Shown: positions 18,245 to 26,365 of the stretch, piece after piece
Layout: every line of letters starts with the position of its first letter
Position numbering within the stretch: position 1 is the stretch's first letter
DNA from: Candidatus Harrisonbacteria bacterium
GTDB taxonomy: Bacteria; Patescibacteriota; Minisyncoccia; UBA6257; 02-FULL-45-10c
Assembly: GCA_016192685.1 (NCBI GenBank)
Contig: JACPTS010000001.1
Location: 225,710 to 289,709, forward strand
Direction: 5' to 3'
Length of the DNA stretch: 64,000 bases
Notes under the pieces: generated by a model
What the model was told of the DNA's origin: nothing
The model's database searches: none
What the model saw: only the letters and a program-made list of their open reading frames with translations
Program-made: the position numbers and the translations under genes

Positions 18245-20026
18245 TTATTTTAACATTTTAAGCATTTTTTCCAATGGCCAGGCATTGATAATATCTTTTT
18301 TTTCACCCCACCCTCGCCTCGCCTGCGCGATCCCATATTCCAGCCATTCAAAATGGGAAACAGAATGGGAATCAGAATTAATTGCCATTTTTACTCCTTG
18401 CTCCACGCATTTTCTGATATATTCATCTTTCAAATCAGCGCGGTCCGAAGCATTGATTTCTAAAATAGTGCCAGTTTTTTTAGCATGGCGGATTAATTCT
18501 TCCATATCAACATCATACGGCTGGCGTTTATTTAAAATCCGGCCAGTAGGATGAAAAATAATGTCTACATGCGGATTACTCATTGCCCGCTTAATCCTTT
18601 CTGTCTGTTCTTTTTTAGGTAAATTAAAAAGCGAATGCACTGAAGCCCCGACCACTTCGCACTTCGCCAAAATCTCATCCGGCAAATCCATTGAGCCGTC
18701 TTTTAAAATATCACATTCGGTGCCCCTTAAAACACGAAACTTAATACCCGAAACACGAAACTTTTTATTTACTTTATCAATTTCCAGCCACTGCTTTTGT
18801 ATCCGCTTTTCGTCCAAGCCATTAGTCATTGCCAAACGCTTGGTATGGTCAGTAATCGCAATATATTCTAAACCAGCGTCAAGCGCGGCTTCTGCCATTT
18901 CTTCTATAGAATTTGCGCCGTCGGTCCAATTCGTTTGAATCTGCAAATCGCCCTTTAAATCGCCGTAGCCAACTAAATTTGGAAGTTTTTCAACACGAGA
19001 AGCTTCAATTTCACCAGTCATTTCTCTCAACTCCGGTTCAATATAAGCTAATCCAAGCGCTTTATATAAATCTTCCTCGCTGCGACCGGCAATCTGCTTC
19101 TTGCCTTTAAATAATCCGTATTCACTAAGCTTATAACCTTTATCAATTGCCATGCGGCGCAATTCTACATTATGGTCTTTGGAGCCGGTAAAATAATTTA
19201 GCCCCGAGCCGTAAGATTCTTCCGGCAAAACCCGTAAATCCATATCTAAGCCGTTTTTCAATTTCACCGCTGATTTTGTCTCGCCATGCGCAAAAACCCT
19301 CGCCACTTCCGGCATAGACACAAAATAATCCATTATTTTACCCGCCGTAGCTTTACTTTGTCCGTCCGAAGCTTTACGCGAAGGAGGAGCGGAGGCGGGC
19401 AGGCTTTCATCAATGGTAATTAAAATATCCGCATCGCCGATAGTGTCTTTCCGCCGCCGCACCGAACCGGCAACGGCAATCTTTTTTACGCCGGGTAATT
19501 TTTTCAGGCGCGCTTCAATCTCCCGGATTTGCGGCATCACCAATCCTAAAACAAACCGGCCGCCCGATTTTCTTAAAAACTCCAAACTCTTTAAGATATT
19601 TTCTTCGCTTTTAACCCCAAATCCTTTCAAGTTGCGAATCCTTCCACTAGCCAAAGCTTTTTCCAAATCACGCAGTCCACGAATCCCTAATTTTGCATAA
19701 AGAGTTTTTAGAGTCTTTGGCCCCAATCCTTGAATTCCTTGAAAATCTTTAAGGCGGATCGGGATTTTTTTGCTAAGCTGTTCGTGAAATTTTACCTTTC
19801 CAGTTTTAATCGCCTCCTCAATTTTTTCCGCAATAGAAACCCCCACCCCGGGAATTTCTTCCAAAGCCTTCAGTCCTCCTTTTTTATAAATTTCTTTAAC
19901 CTCTTCATTTAAGTTAGCAACCACCTCGGCAACTTTTTCATAAGCCCGCGGCTTAAATGGCACGTCCTGCATTTCAAGATAAATGCCAATCTCGCCTAAA
20001 ATTTTAGCAATTTCCTGATTGGTCAT
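18245..20026 (-). CDS. polX: DNA polymerase X / PHP-domain fusion
   Basis: HhH IPGVG, AGSVRRRKDTIGDADIL, YFTGSKDHN, PHP motifs ITDH, HPTGR, INSDSH. Confidence 0.93.
   Translation of the reverse strand: MTNQEIAKILGEIGIYLEMQDVPFKPRAYEKVAEVVANLNEEVKEIYKKGGLKALEEIPGVGVSIAEKIEEAIKTGKVKFHEQLSKKIPIRLKDFQGIQGLGPKTLKTLYAKLGIRGLRDLEKALASGRIRNLKGFGVKSEENILKSLEFLRKSGGRFVLGLVMPQIREIEARLKKLPGVKKIAVAGSVRRRKDTIGDADILITIDESLPASAPPSRKASDGQSKATAGKIMDYFVSMPEVARVFAHGETKSAVKLKNGLDMDLRVLPEESYGSGLNYFTGSKDHNVELRRMAIDKGYKLSEYGLFKGKKQIAGRSEEDLYKALGLAYIEPELREMTGEIEASRVEKLPNLVGYGDLKGDLQIQTNWTDGANSIEEMAEAALDAGLEYIAITDHTKRLAMTNGLDEKRIQKQWLEIDKVNKKFRVSGIKFRVLRGTECDILKDGSMDLPDEILAKCEVVGASVHSLFNLPKKEQTERIKRAMSNPHVDIIFHPTGRILNKRQPYDVDMEELIRHAKKTGTILEINASDRADLKDEYIRKCVEQGVKMAINSDSHSVSHFEWLEYGIAQARRGWGEKKDIINAWPLEKMLKMLK
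19341..19399. repeat. Nested REP-like palindromes in frame in polX
   Basis: Family A element cccgccgtagcttt|agcggaggcggg interrupted by a 33-nt related element (19355-19387). Confidence 0.7.
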
Positions 20027-20067
20027 ACTCTTTAATCTTAACCTAATTTCTCACTCTTAAGTGAATC

Positions 20068-20277
20068 TTGCTAAGTTGTCGTAGAAAAGCTAATAAATAA
20101 TCTAACGAGCTCTGCCTGTGTTTCGTGCGGCAACTACGGACCCAGCCCGAGCTTGGTATCCCGCGTAGCGGGATTCGGGCTGGGGAGGCGTAGGAGCCGC
20201 TTGCCGCAGGAGCAAGCGGACTCCGGTGCCGTCAGAAATACAGGCAGAGTGAGTAAAACTTATAGACAATTCAGTAA
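20068..20277 (+). ncRNA. Candidate structured RNA or MITE-like element (unassigned)
   Basis: 15-bp stem 20110-20124/20235-20249, outer imperfect stem 20068-20080/20265-20277, internal GC-rich hairpins; G-U pairs favour the + strand. Confidence 0.4.
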
Positions 20278-20286
20278 AATGAACGC

Positions 20287-20916
20287 CTATTTTATTCCCG
20301 CCCGGACATGATCAGTTAATATAGGCGCGGTAGTTTTTCTGGGAAGGATTAAATCCGGCACAAAAATTAAAACTATAGCGCTTAAAATCGCCATTGAACC
20401 GGTAAACAAAAACAGGAAGTTAAAACCGGCAATGGTGGCAATTGAACCGCCAACCAACCCCGCTAAGCCAATGCCCAAACTGACGCTGCTGCTGCTCAAG
20501 GCCCATTCAAAAGCAGTATGTCCTTTATCTAAATGCCTGGATAAAATCGCAGACCAAGATGGTATGTAAAGCGCGAAGCCAATGGCTTTAATAAATTGAA
20601 CCGAATAAACCTGCCAAACTTTTTGAGTTAAAGCAAAACTGAAGCCGGAAATTCCGATAATCAAAAGCCCCAAAACTAGGGCATAAAAATCATCCCGCTC
20701 GCCTGGAGTTTTATCCAAAAAAAGAGAAATGGGAATTTGTAAAATTCCTTTAGCAATCCAGTAAATAGCCGCCAGCACCCCTACCGATATTAAAGTGGCG
20801 CCGGCGATTTCCCGCACTACGAAAATAGAAAATAACGGGTCAATAAAACCCCAACCCGACCATAAAATCAAATCGCTGAAAATGAAAAATCTTACGACTC
20901 TATTTACTGATGGCAT
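20287..20916 (-). CDS. MFS-type membrane protein (half-size, about 6 TM)
   Basis: 209 aa with six hydrophobic helices and an MFS-like pattern. Confidence 0.7.
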   Translation of the reverse strand: MPSVNRVVRFFIFSDLILWSGWGFIDPLFSIFVVREIAGATLISVGVLAAIYWIAKGILQIPISLFLDKTPGERDDFYALVLGLLIIGISGFSFALTQKVWQVYSVQFIKAIGFALYIPSWSAILSRHLDKGHTAFEWALSSSSVSLGIGLAGLVGGSIATIAGFNFLFLFTGSMAILSAIVLIFVPDLILPRKTTAPILTDHVRAGIK

Positions 20917-23437
20917 AAATTAATTCTTCTCCTTTTAAGTCTAATAAAACCTTGCCGCCGCGGTCAATTTCCTGTTTTAAAATTTTCTCAGCCAAAACAC
21001 TGCGAATCCTATCCGAAATCACCCCCCGAAGCGGCCGGGCGCCGAACGCCGGGTCATAGCCCCATTCGGCGATTTTCTTAACCGCTTCATCGGAAAAATC
21101 TATTTCAATCCCGTGGCTTTCTTTCAAATCGGCGGCTAAATCTTTCAATAAAATTTTAGTTACCGCCACAATATCTTCCGGCGATAAACCCTTAAAAACA
21201 ATAATTCCGGAAAAGCGGTTTAAAAGTTCCGGCCGGAAATATTCGGTTAATTTTTTCTTTAGAGTTTCGCTTACTTCCGCCATGGTTTTCCCGGCTTCAA
21301 TTTCCGACTTAATAAAATTGGAATGGGCGTTGCTGGTCGCAATAATAATAGTATTTTGGAAATCCACCACTCTTCCGGTATTATCCGTTAATCGGCCGTC
21401 ATCAAAAACCTGAAGAAAAAGATTCAGGAGATCCGAATGAGCTTTTTCAAATTCGTCTAAAAGAATTAAGCTGTAAGGTTTTTGTAAAACCGCGTCAGTT
21501 AAGCCGCCGCTGACTATCCCATCCGGAGAGCCGATTAACCGGAAAATGCTTTGCTTATCCTGATATTCCGTCATATCAAAACGAATCATTGCTTCTTTAG
21601 AGCCGAATTGAATTCCGGCTAAAATCTTGGAAAGTTCGGTTTTACCGACGCCGGTTGGACCGACAAAAAGAAAAGCGGCGATCGGTCCGCCTCTGCGGGA
21701 AAGACCGCTCCGATATTCCCGAAGCGCCCGGGAAACCGCTTTCACCGCCTCTTCCTGGTCAATTAAACGCTGATGAATAAGCCGTTCCAAATTCAAAAGT
21801 CTCTGCGCCTCTTCTTCTTTGGCTTGCCGGAGAGGAATATTGACCCGGCGCTGAGCAATATCAATCACATCATCGCCGTTAAGCACTTTATCGCCTTTTT
21901 CTTTGGCATCGGAAAGCGCTTCTTTTAAAAGTTCTTCCGCGCTGGATGGCAGGAGCTTATCGCGGAAATACTTTGAAGCCAGGAGAACCGCCTGTTTAAT
22001 GGCGGCAAAAGTTATTTTCATCCGGTACTGCCTTTCTAAAATAATGCTGTCATAAACTAACAGCTTAACGGCATCATCAACAGAAATTTCCTGAATCGGA
22101 ATATTTTCAAAAACTTTGGCAAAATCAATTTGAGATTCAATGGTTTGCTTGTATTCCCTGGGATAAGTAGCGCCGACCACGGAAAAGGCGCTGGAGGCAA
22201 AAGCCGGCAAAAAAACATCAGCGGCATTGATTCCGGAACGGCCGGAGGTTTTCACCAGATTGTGAATGTCCGGAACATATAAAATTATATTTCCGGCCTG
22301 AACGATTTCCTCAATAATCTTAGTTACCCGCGCCTGAATTTCCCCCAATTGCCCAACGCCCGCCATTAAAGTTCCCACTCTAAGAAGCACTAAACGTTTG
22401 TCAAAAAGTTCCGGCGGCACTTCGTCTTTGGTAATTTTATAAGCCAGATGATTTACTAAAGTTTCTTTTCCGGAACCGGGGTCGCCGACCAAAAGCACGT
22501 TCGGTTTAGTCGGCCGGGAAAGCACATCCAGCATGCGGTCATATTCCTGCTGATGGCCGATTAAAAAACCGATTTTCTCCAGACGGGCGTAATCAGTCAA
22601 ATCCTCGCCATACTGGTCTAAAGTCGGCGTCGGCCGCGCGCTCCACGAGCGATTCATAACCCGATGGCGGATTTTATAGGGCCGATAAGCAAATCCGCCG
22701 ATGGCAGCCGGCATCCGCTTTAGCCAGCCAAAAGTTTCTTTATAGCGGCTAAAAATTAAAGAATTTTGCAAATCCCCCGGGTCAATATTAAAAAGATGGA
22801 GCACCCTTTGAATAGCGCTGCTTTCGCAATAATTCAAAGCGGCAAATAAATCTTTCGGCTCAATAAATCGGTCATCAAAAAGCAAAGCTTGTTCCAATGA
22901 CAATTTAGAAATTTTTTCAATTTCCGCCAACAATCTTTTTTTTCTATCAGATGTCTCGTCGCTGTATTTTTTATCCTGCAGGGTTTCTTCTAAAAGTTCT
23001 TCCACTTTATCCCGGATTTCTTTTAAGTTAAGGTCCATTCTTAACAATCCTTCTTGGATATCTTTTCTTTCCAAAAGCCGCTTTAAAATAAAAAAATAAA
23101 AATTACCGCCTATCAAAAGAGCCCGCTCAAAAGCATATTCTAAAATAGCAAAACTGGAAGGAGTAAAATAGCGCGCCAAATTTACTTCCCCTCCTAAAGG
23201 ATCTTTTACCAGCGACCGGTCCGCTTGGCCAAAATACTTAGCCCGGTCCATTAAAATTAAAAATAACAAGGCGCCGGTCCAAAAAACCGATGGCACGTCA
23301 GAAATCAAAAAAGTAAAACAGGCGGCAATTAAAATTCCGTAAGTCGCGTAAAAAACCACCCGGACAAAAAGCCGGCCGGCATGAGTCATTTCCAGCCTGG
23401 GATCATGGAAATACAATGTAAAATTTTTCACTGCCAT
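20900..23437 (-). CDS. ClpA/ClpB-family AAA+ ATPase with N-terminal TM helices
   Basis: GDPGSGKET, FLFVGPTGVGKTE, RFDMTEY, LDEFEKAH, FRPELLNR, GARPLR. Confidence 0.88.
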   Translation of the reverse strand: MAVKNFTLYFHDPRLEMTHAGRLFVRVVFYATYGILIAACFTFLISDVPSVFWTGALLFLILMDRAKYFGQADRSLVKDPLGGEVNLARYFTPSSFAILEYAFERALLIGGNFYFFILKRLLERKDIQEGLLRMDLNLKEIRDKVEELLEETLQDKKYSDETSDRKKRLLAEIEKISKLSLEQALLFDDRFIEPKDLFAALNYCESSAIQRVLHLFNIDPGDLQNSLIFSRYKETFGWLKRMPAAIGGFAYRPYKIRHRVMNRSWSARPTPTLDQYGEDLTDYARLEKIGFLIGHQQEYDRMLDVLSRPTKPNVLLVGDPGSGKETLVNHLAYKITKDEVPPELFDKRLVLLRVGTLMAGVGQLGEIQARVTKIIEEIVQAGNIILYVPDIHNLVKTSGRSGINAADVFLPAFASSAFSVVGATYPREYKQTIESQIDFAKVFENIPIQEISVDDAVKLLVYDSIILERQYRMKITFAAIKQAVLLASKYFRDKLLPSSAEELLKEALSDAKEKGDKVLNGDDVIDIAQRRVNIPLRQAKEEEAQRLLNLERLIHQRLIDQEEAVKAVSRALREYRSGLSRRGGPIAAFLFVGPTGVGKTELSKILAGIQFGSKEAMIRFDMTEYQDKQSIFRLIGSPDGIVSGGLTDAVLQKPYSLILLDEFEKAHSDLLNLFLQVFDDGRLTDNTGRVVDFQNTIIIATSNAHSNFIKSEIEAGKTMAEVSETLKKKLTEYFRPELLNRFSGIIVFKGLSPEDIVAVTKILLKDLAADLKESHGIEIDFSDEAVKKIAEWGYDPAFGARPLRGVISDRIRSVLAEKILKQEIDRGGKVLLDLKGEELIYAISK

Positions 23438-23790
23438 AAATTCGTTAAAATATTATAAATTACCAAGATGGGAATCGCCGCCCAAAGCAAAAATAAACTC
23501 AGGGCAACCACTAAAAAAATCCCGTAAACCGCCAAAGCCGTAAAAATTCTAGCGGTCCGAAAAATAAATCCCCAAAGATAGCCAATAGCGCTGTAATCCT
23601 GGTAAAGCGGCTGCAGCCAATTTTTAACCGTAATCCGAAGCGCAAAAATCCTGTCTAATCGCTCCAAAATGTTATAGGCCCAATGAATGGCCTTCAAAAA
23701 TCCGTAAAAATACCAATGCCGGAAAAAATCCAAAACCCGCCTGCCTAAGTGGGTTAAAAGGTAAACTAAGGAAAGATTGCTGATTTCCAT
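23428..23790 (-). CDS. Hypothetical membrane protein coupled to the Clp ATPase
   Basis: Overlaps the ATPase start; hydrophobic C-terminus. Confidence 0.7.
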   Translation of the reverse strand: MEISNLSLVYLLTHLGRRVLDFFRHWYFYGFLKAIHWAYNILERLDRIFALRITVKNWLQPLYQDYSAIGYLWGFIFRTARIFTALAVYGIFLVVALSLFLLWAAIPILVIYNILTNLWQ

Positions 23791-23808
23791 ATACTTAATT
23801 ATAGCTTA

Positions 23809-24801
23809 TTAGATTTCAAAATTCTTTACTATAATCCGACGAAGCCTATACGCATTTCCGTGCTGTATGAGTCCCAAATAAGAATTCAGGGTTTCTTTTG
23901 TTGGGTGTTCTTTTATTCTCTTCATCATTCTTCTTTTGGCGATGGTTCGTAAAATTCGGTGGTCAGGAAAATTCACCCAGCCAAGAAAATCCACTCCAGA
24001 ATAGAGGGTTTTAATAAATACTTTATTAGGATGCAATTCTAGCTCTAATTTATTTTGTAAAAATTCTTGTATTTGAGGAATTAAATTTTCCAGCCAATTT
24101 CTATTTTCAGAAAACACCACAAAATCATCAGCGTAGCGGATATAATATTTAACTTTTTGTTGATGCTTCATAAACTGGTCAAATTCATTCATATAAATAT
24201 TCACCAAAAGCTGCGAGGTGAGGTTACCGAGCGGCAAACCGATTCCCGCCTTAGTGGAAGAAAAACTATCAATTACTTCATCAAGTAGGCGTAAAATATC
24301 CAGATCTGGAATATAAACTTGTAAAATTCGTTTCAAAACAATATGGTCAATGCTGGCAAAGAATTTCTTAATATCACACTTTAATATCCAGCAGGTTTTA
24401 GTATTATTTTGGCTGACCTTATAAGCAAGCGAACGAAAGCGGTTAATAGCTTTATGAGTTCCCTTGTTTAGGCGGCAGGAATATGAATCAGCGATAAATA
24501 CTCTATCAAAAAATGGATAGAGTATCCGATAAATTGCGTGATGTAATAGGCGGTCTCGGACACTCGCCTTATGGATATTACGCGGCTTGGGGTCGCAAAT
24601 ATTAAAGGCCTGATAACCGCCATGAGTATAAGTATGGTTGCTAAATTCTTGGTGAAGCGATAGGATATTATCCATTAAGTTAAAAGAGAATTCCTGAACG
24701 TCTTGTTTTCTTCTTTTTCCTCGCACAAACTCTTTCCACGCTTCTAATAAATTCTCTGCGCTAATTATATCTTCAAATTTATGAGTCAATTGAATTTTCA
24801 T
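23809..24801 (-). CDS. DGR reverse transcriptase
   Basis: KPRNIHKASVRDRLLHHA, CDIKKFFASIDH, GLPLGNLTSQ, YIRYADDF, GVDFLG; 330 aa with no maturase or endonuclease domain. Confidence 0.95.
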   Translation of the reverse strand: MKIQLTHKFEDIISAENLLEAWKEFVRGKRRKQDVQEFSFNLMDNILSLHQEFSNHTYTHGGYQAFNICDPKPRNIHKASVRDRLLHHAIYRILYPFFDRVFIADSYSCRLNKGTHKAINRFRSLAYKVSQNNTKTCWILKCDIKKFFASIDHIVLKRILQVYIPDLDILRLLDEVIDSFSSTKAGIGLPLGNLTSQLLVNIYMNEFDQFMKHQQKVKYYIRYADDFVVFSENRNWLENLIPQIQEFLQNKLELELHPNKVFIKTLYSGVDFLGWVNFPDHRILRTIAKRRMMKRIKEHPTKETLNSYLGLIQHGNAYRLRRIIVKNFEI

Positions 24802-25163
24802 AATTTTTCTTCTAATAAGACCCCCCCCAACGGAATTTAATAATTATTACAAAATTAATCGCTGCATACAAAATCTGGCAGGAGTTTTTTATTCATTTTC
24901 CGAAAACTTCTCGTTACACATTGGGGTCTAAAATTGATTCTTTATTTATTGAAACTATTGAATTGATTTTTCAAGCAAGTTATTCAAGTAAAGAACAAAA
25001 GAGTGTTTACTTTCAAAAATCATCTTCTAAATTTGACTTGCTTAAATTTTTCTTACAAGTTTCATGGGAAATTAAAACTTTGGATAATAAAAAATATATT
25101 ATCCTTTCAGAAAAATTAAATGAGGTTGGAAAAATATTAGGCGGATTGATTAAACAGCTATAA
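24781..25163 (+). pseudogene. avd: Avd-like four-helix-bundle accessory protein, frameshifted at a C8 tract (possibly phase-variable)
   Basis: The frame of ORF 24921..25163 is open from 24819 (..IIITKLIAAYKIWQEFFIHFPKTSRYTLGSKID...EVGKILGGLIKQL) with no ATG/GTG/TTG before 24921. ATG 24781 is in another frame that stops at 24838; +1 C in C8 (24821-24828) joins them into 127 aa. Confidence 0.75.
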
Positions 25164-25170
25164 AAACAAA

Positions 25171-25192
25171 CTCCCCCGCAACGCGGGGAGAG
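25171..25192. terminator. Hairpin between avd stop and TR 3' end
   Basis: ccccgc-aac-gcgggg stem; may be the avd terminator and/or TR-RNA 3' structure. Confidence 0.45.
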
Positions 25193-25205
25193 AATGAAGC
25201 GATTA

Positions 25206-25328
25206 GCAGAAGACGAACTGGTTGTCTTCGTTCCAGACGTTGTCGGGGTTGCCGTAGTTGCTGTTCAGCCACCGTCCGTTGTCATCGTGCTTCACGTTGA
25301 ACAGCTTCAAGTTGCCGTCCGAATCAGT
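25206..25328 (-). repeat. DGR template repeat (TR)
   Basis: 123-bp ungapped match to 25613-25735; on the coding strand it is rich in AAC codons (reads TDSDGNLKLFNVKHDDNGRWLNSNYGNPDNVWNEDNQFVFC). Confidence 0.95.
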
Positions 25329-25545
25329 AATGTATAGCACGCCTTCCATTCCACTGCTCCTTGAATGCTCTCGGAGCTGCATCTAATTCGGCATCTTATA
25401 TGCCCTAGCATACTATACCAAGTAGCTTCATTTTTTAGGAATTAAAATTTTTAATCCCGGAGTTCAACGGTCTAAAGCCGTAACCGTAGACGCATTATTT
25501 ACTATCCAAAATTATACTAACAATTAAAATCTGATTTGAAAATAG

Positions 25546-25581
25546 AAATGCCTCGCAAGAGCAAGCTCTTGCGAGGCATTT
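25546..25581. promoter_or_regulatory. Perfect inverted repeat downstream of VR (DGR homing hairpin/cruciform and/or terminator)
   Basis: aaatgcctcgcaagagc-aa-gctcttgcgaggcattt, 17-bp arms, 25 nt past the target stop. Confidence 0.75.
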
Positions 25582-25606
25582 TTCCAGCGGTCCAGCAGAC
25601 CCGAAG

Positions 25607-26266
25607 CTACTTGCAGAAGACGAACCGGTAGACTCCGTCCCAGACGAAGTCGGGGTCGCCGTAGTAGCTGCTCAGCCACCGTCCGCTGACATCGTGCCCC
25701 ACGCTGAACAGCCTCAAGTAGCCGTCCGAAGCAGCGATTGGCTCCATCGCGACGACAAGCCATTCGCCGTAAGGCTGGTCCGAATACTGCAGACGAAGCT
25801 GAGGACCGACCTCTACCGGACACTTCTTCAGTCCGCGCTCTTCTGCGCGCTGGATGATCTCCTGAAAAGGAGCTTGATCCTTGCCAGTCAGCTCCTTGAC
25901 TGAGACCTTGACCAGTTCCACGGTTTCCTGGTTCGCCGCCGTAAAGGCTGACTTACCAAGAATGTCGTTCGCCCAGTCGCTAATCCTGTATCCGCCAACC
26001 TTGAGAGCATGGCGGAAGTCATCAGCGGTCTTGAGGTCGGTGCCGAGCTTGATGGTTTTCCAGGTTGGGAAGCCACATCTCTCAGCCCCTTTCTTTACGA
26101 AGGGATTGCGGTGCTCAATCAAGGCTTGGACGTGGCGCGAGTTCAATGCCCCACGCTTCATCTGTCCCCTGATTTCCTTCGTTTGCGCATCCAGCTTCTC
26201 ATACATCTCAAGGAGCTGGTCTGAGGTCGGCTTTTGATCCGAACCCACGACGATTTTTTTGGTCAT
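25607..26266 (-). CDS. DGR target (variable) protein with C-terminal VR
   Basis: 219 aa; SD aaggaga; the last ~41 codons are the VR; GC content visibly higher than flanking genes. Confidence 0.92.
   Translation of the reverse strand: MTKKIVVGSDQKPTSDQLLEMYEKLDAQTKEIRGQMKRGALNSRHVQALIEHRNPFVKKGAERCGFPTWKTIKLGTDLKTADDFRHALKVGGYRISDWANDILGKSAFTAANQETVELVKVSVKELTGKDQAPFQEIIQRAEERGLKKCPVEVGPQLRLQYSDQPYGEWLVVAMEPIAASDGYLRLFSVGHDVSGRWLSSYYGDPDFVWDGVYRFVFCK
25613..25735 (-). repeat. DGR variable repeat (VR)
   Basis: 19 mismatches to TR by manual alignment, all at TR adenines (11 A>G, 7 A>T, 1 A>C). Confidence 0.95.
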
Positions 26267-26333
26267 CGCCGTATCTCCTTTGGTTTTTGGATTTAAGGTA
26301 CATCAACTCTCGCGCCTTGCGGGAATTAAAATA

Positions 26334-26363
26334 ATGATAGCATATTTAGTGCTATTCTGTCAA
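26334..26363 (-). promoter_or_regulatory. Sigma70-type promoter of the DGR target gene
   Basis: TTGACA-18 nt-TATCAT with extended TG; inverted repeat atagca-N7-tgctat (26337-26355) spans the spacer. Confidence 0.6.
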
Positions 26364-26365
26364 GC

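Larger units (their letters stand above)
23809..26363. mobile_element. Diversity-generating retroelement cassette (target-VR, hairpin, TR, avd, RT)
   Basis: RT, Avd-like ORF and a TR/VR pair differing only at TR adenines, all within 2.6 kb. Confidence 0.95.

Noticed and set aside
23809-24801. Group II intron or retron RT
   Set aside because: Short RT without maturase/endonuclease domain, with the DGR-type SQ motif and an adjacent TR/VR pair.
24921-25163. 80-aa ORF as the complete Avd
   Set aside because: Avd-like sequence continues about 27 codons upstream in the same frame, so the TTG start would delete the first helix.
25524-26237. Alternative ORFs overlapping the DGR target (25524-25823, 25694-25903, 25881-26237 and others)
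   Set aside because: Shadow ORFs in GC-rich sequence; the 219-aa frame has the SD and places most TR adenines in codon positions 1-2 as expected.
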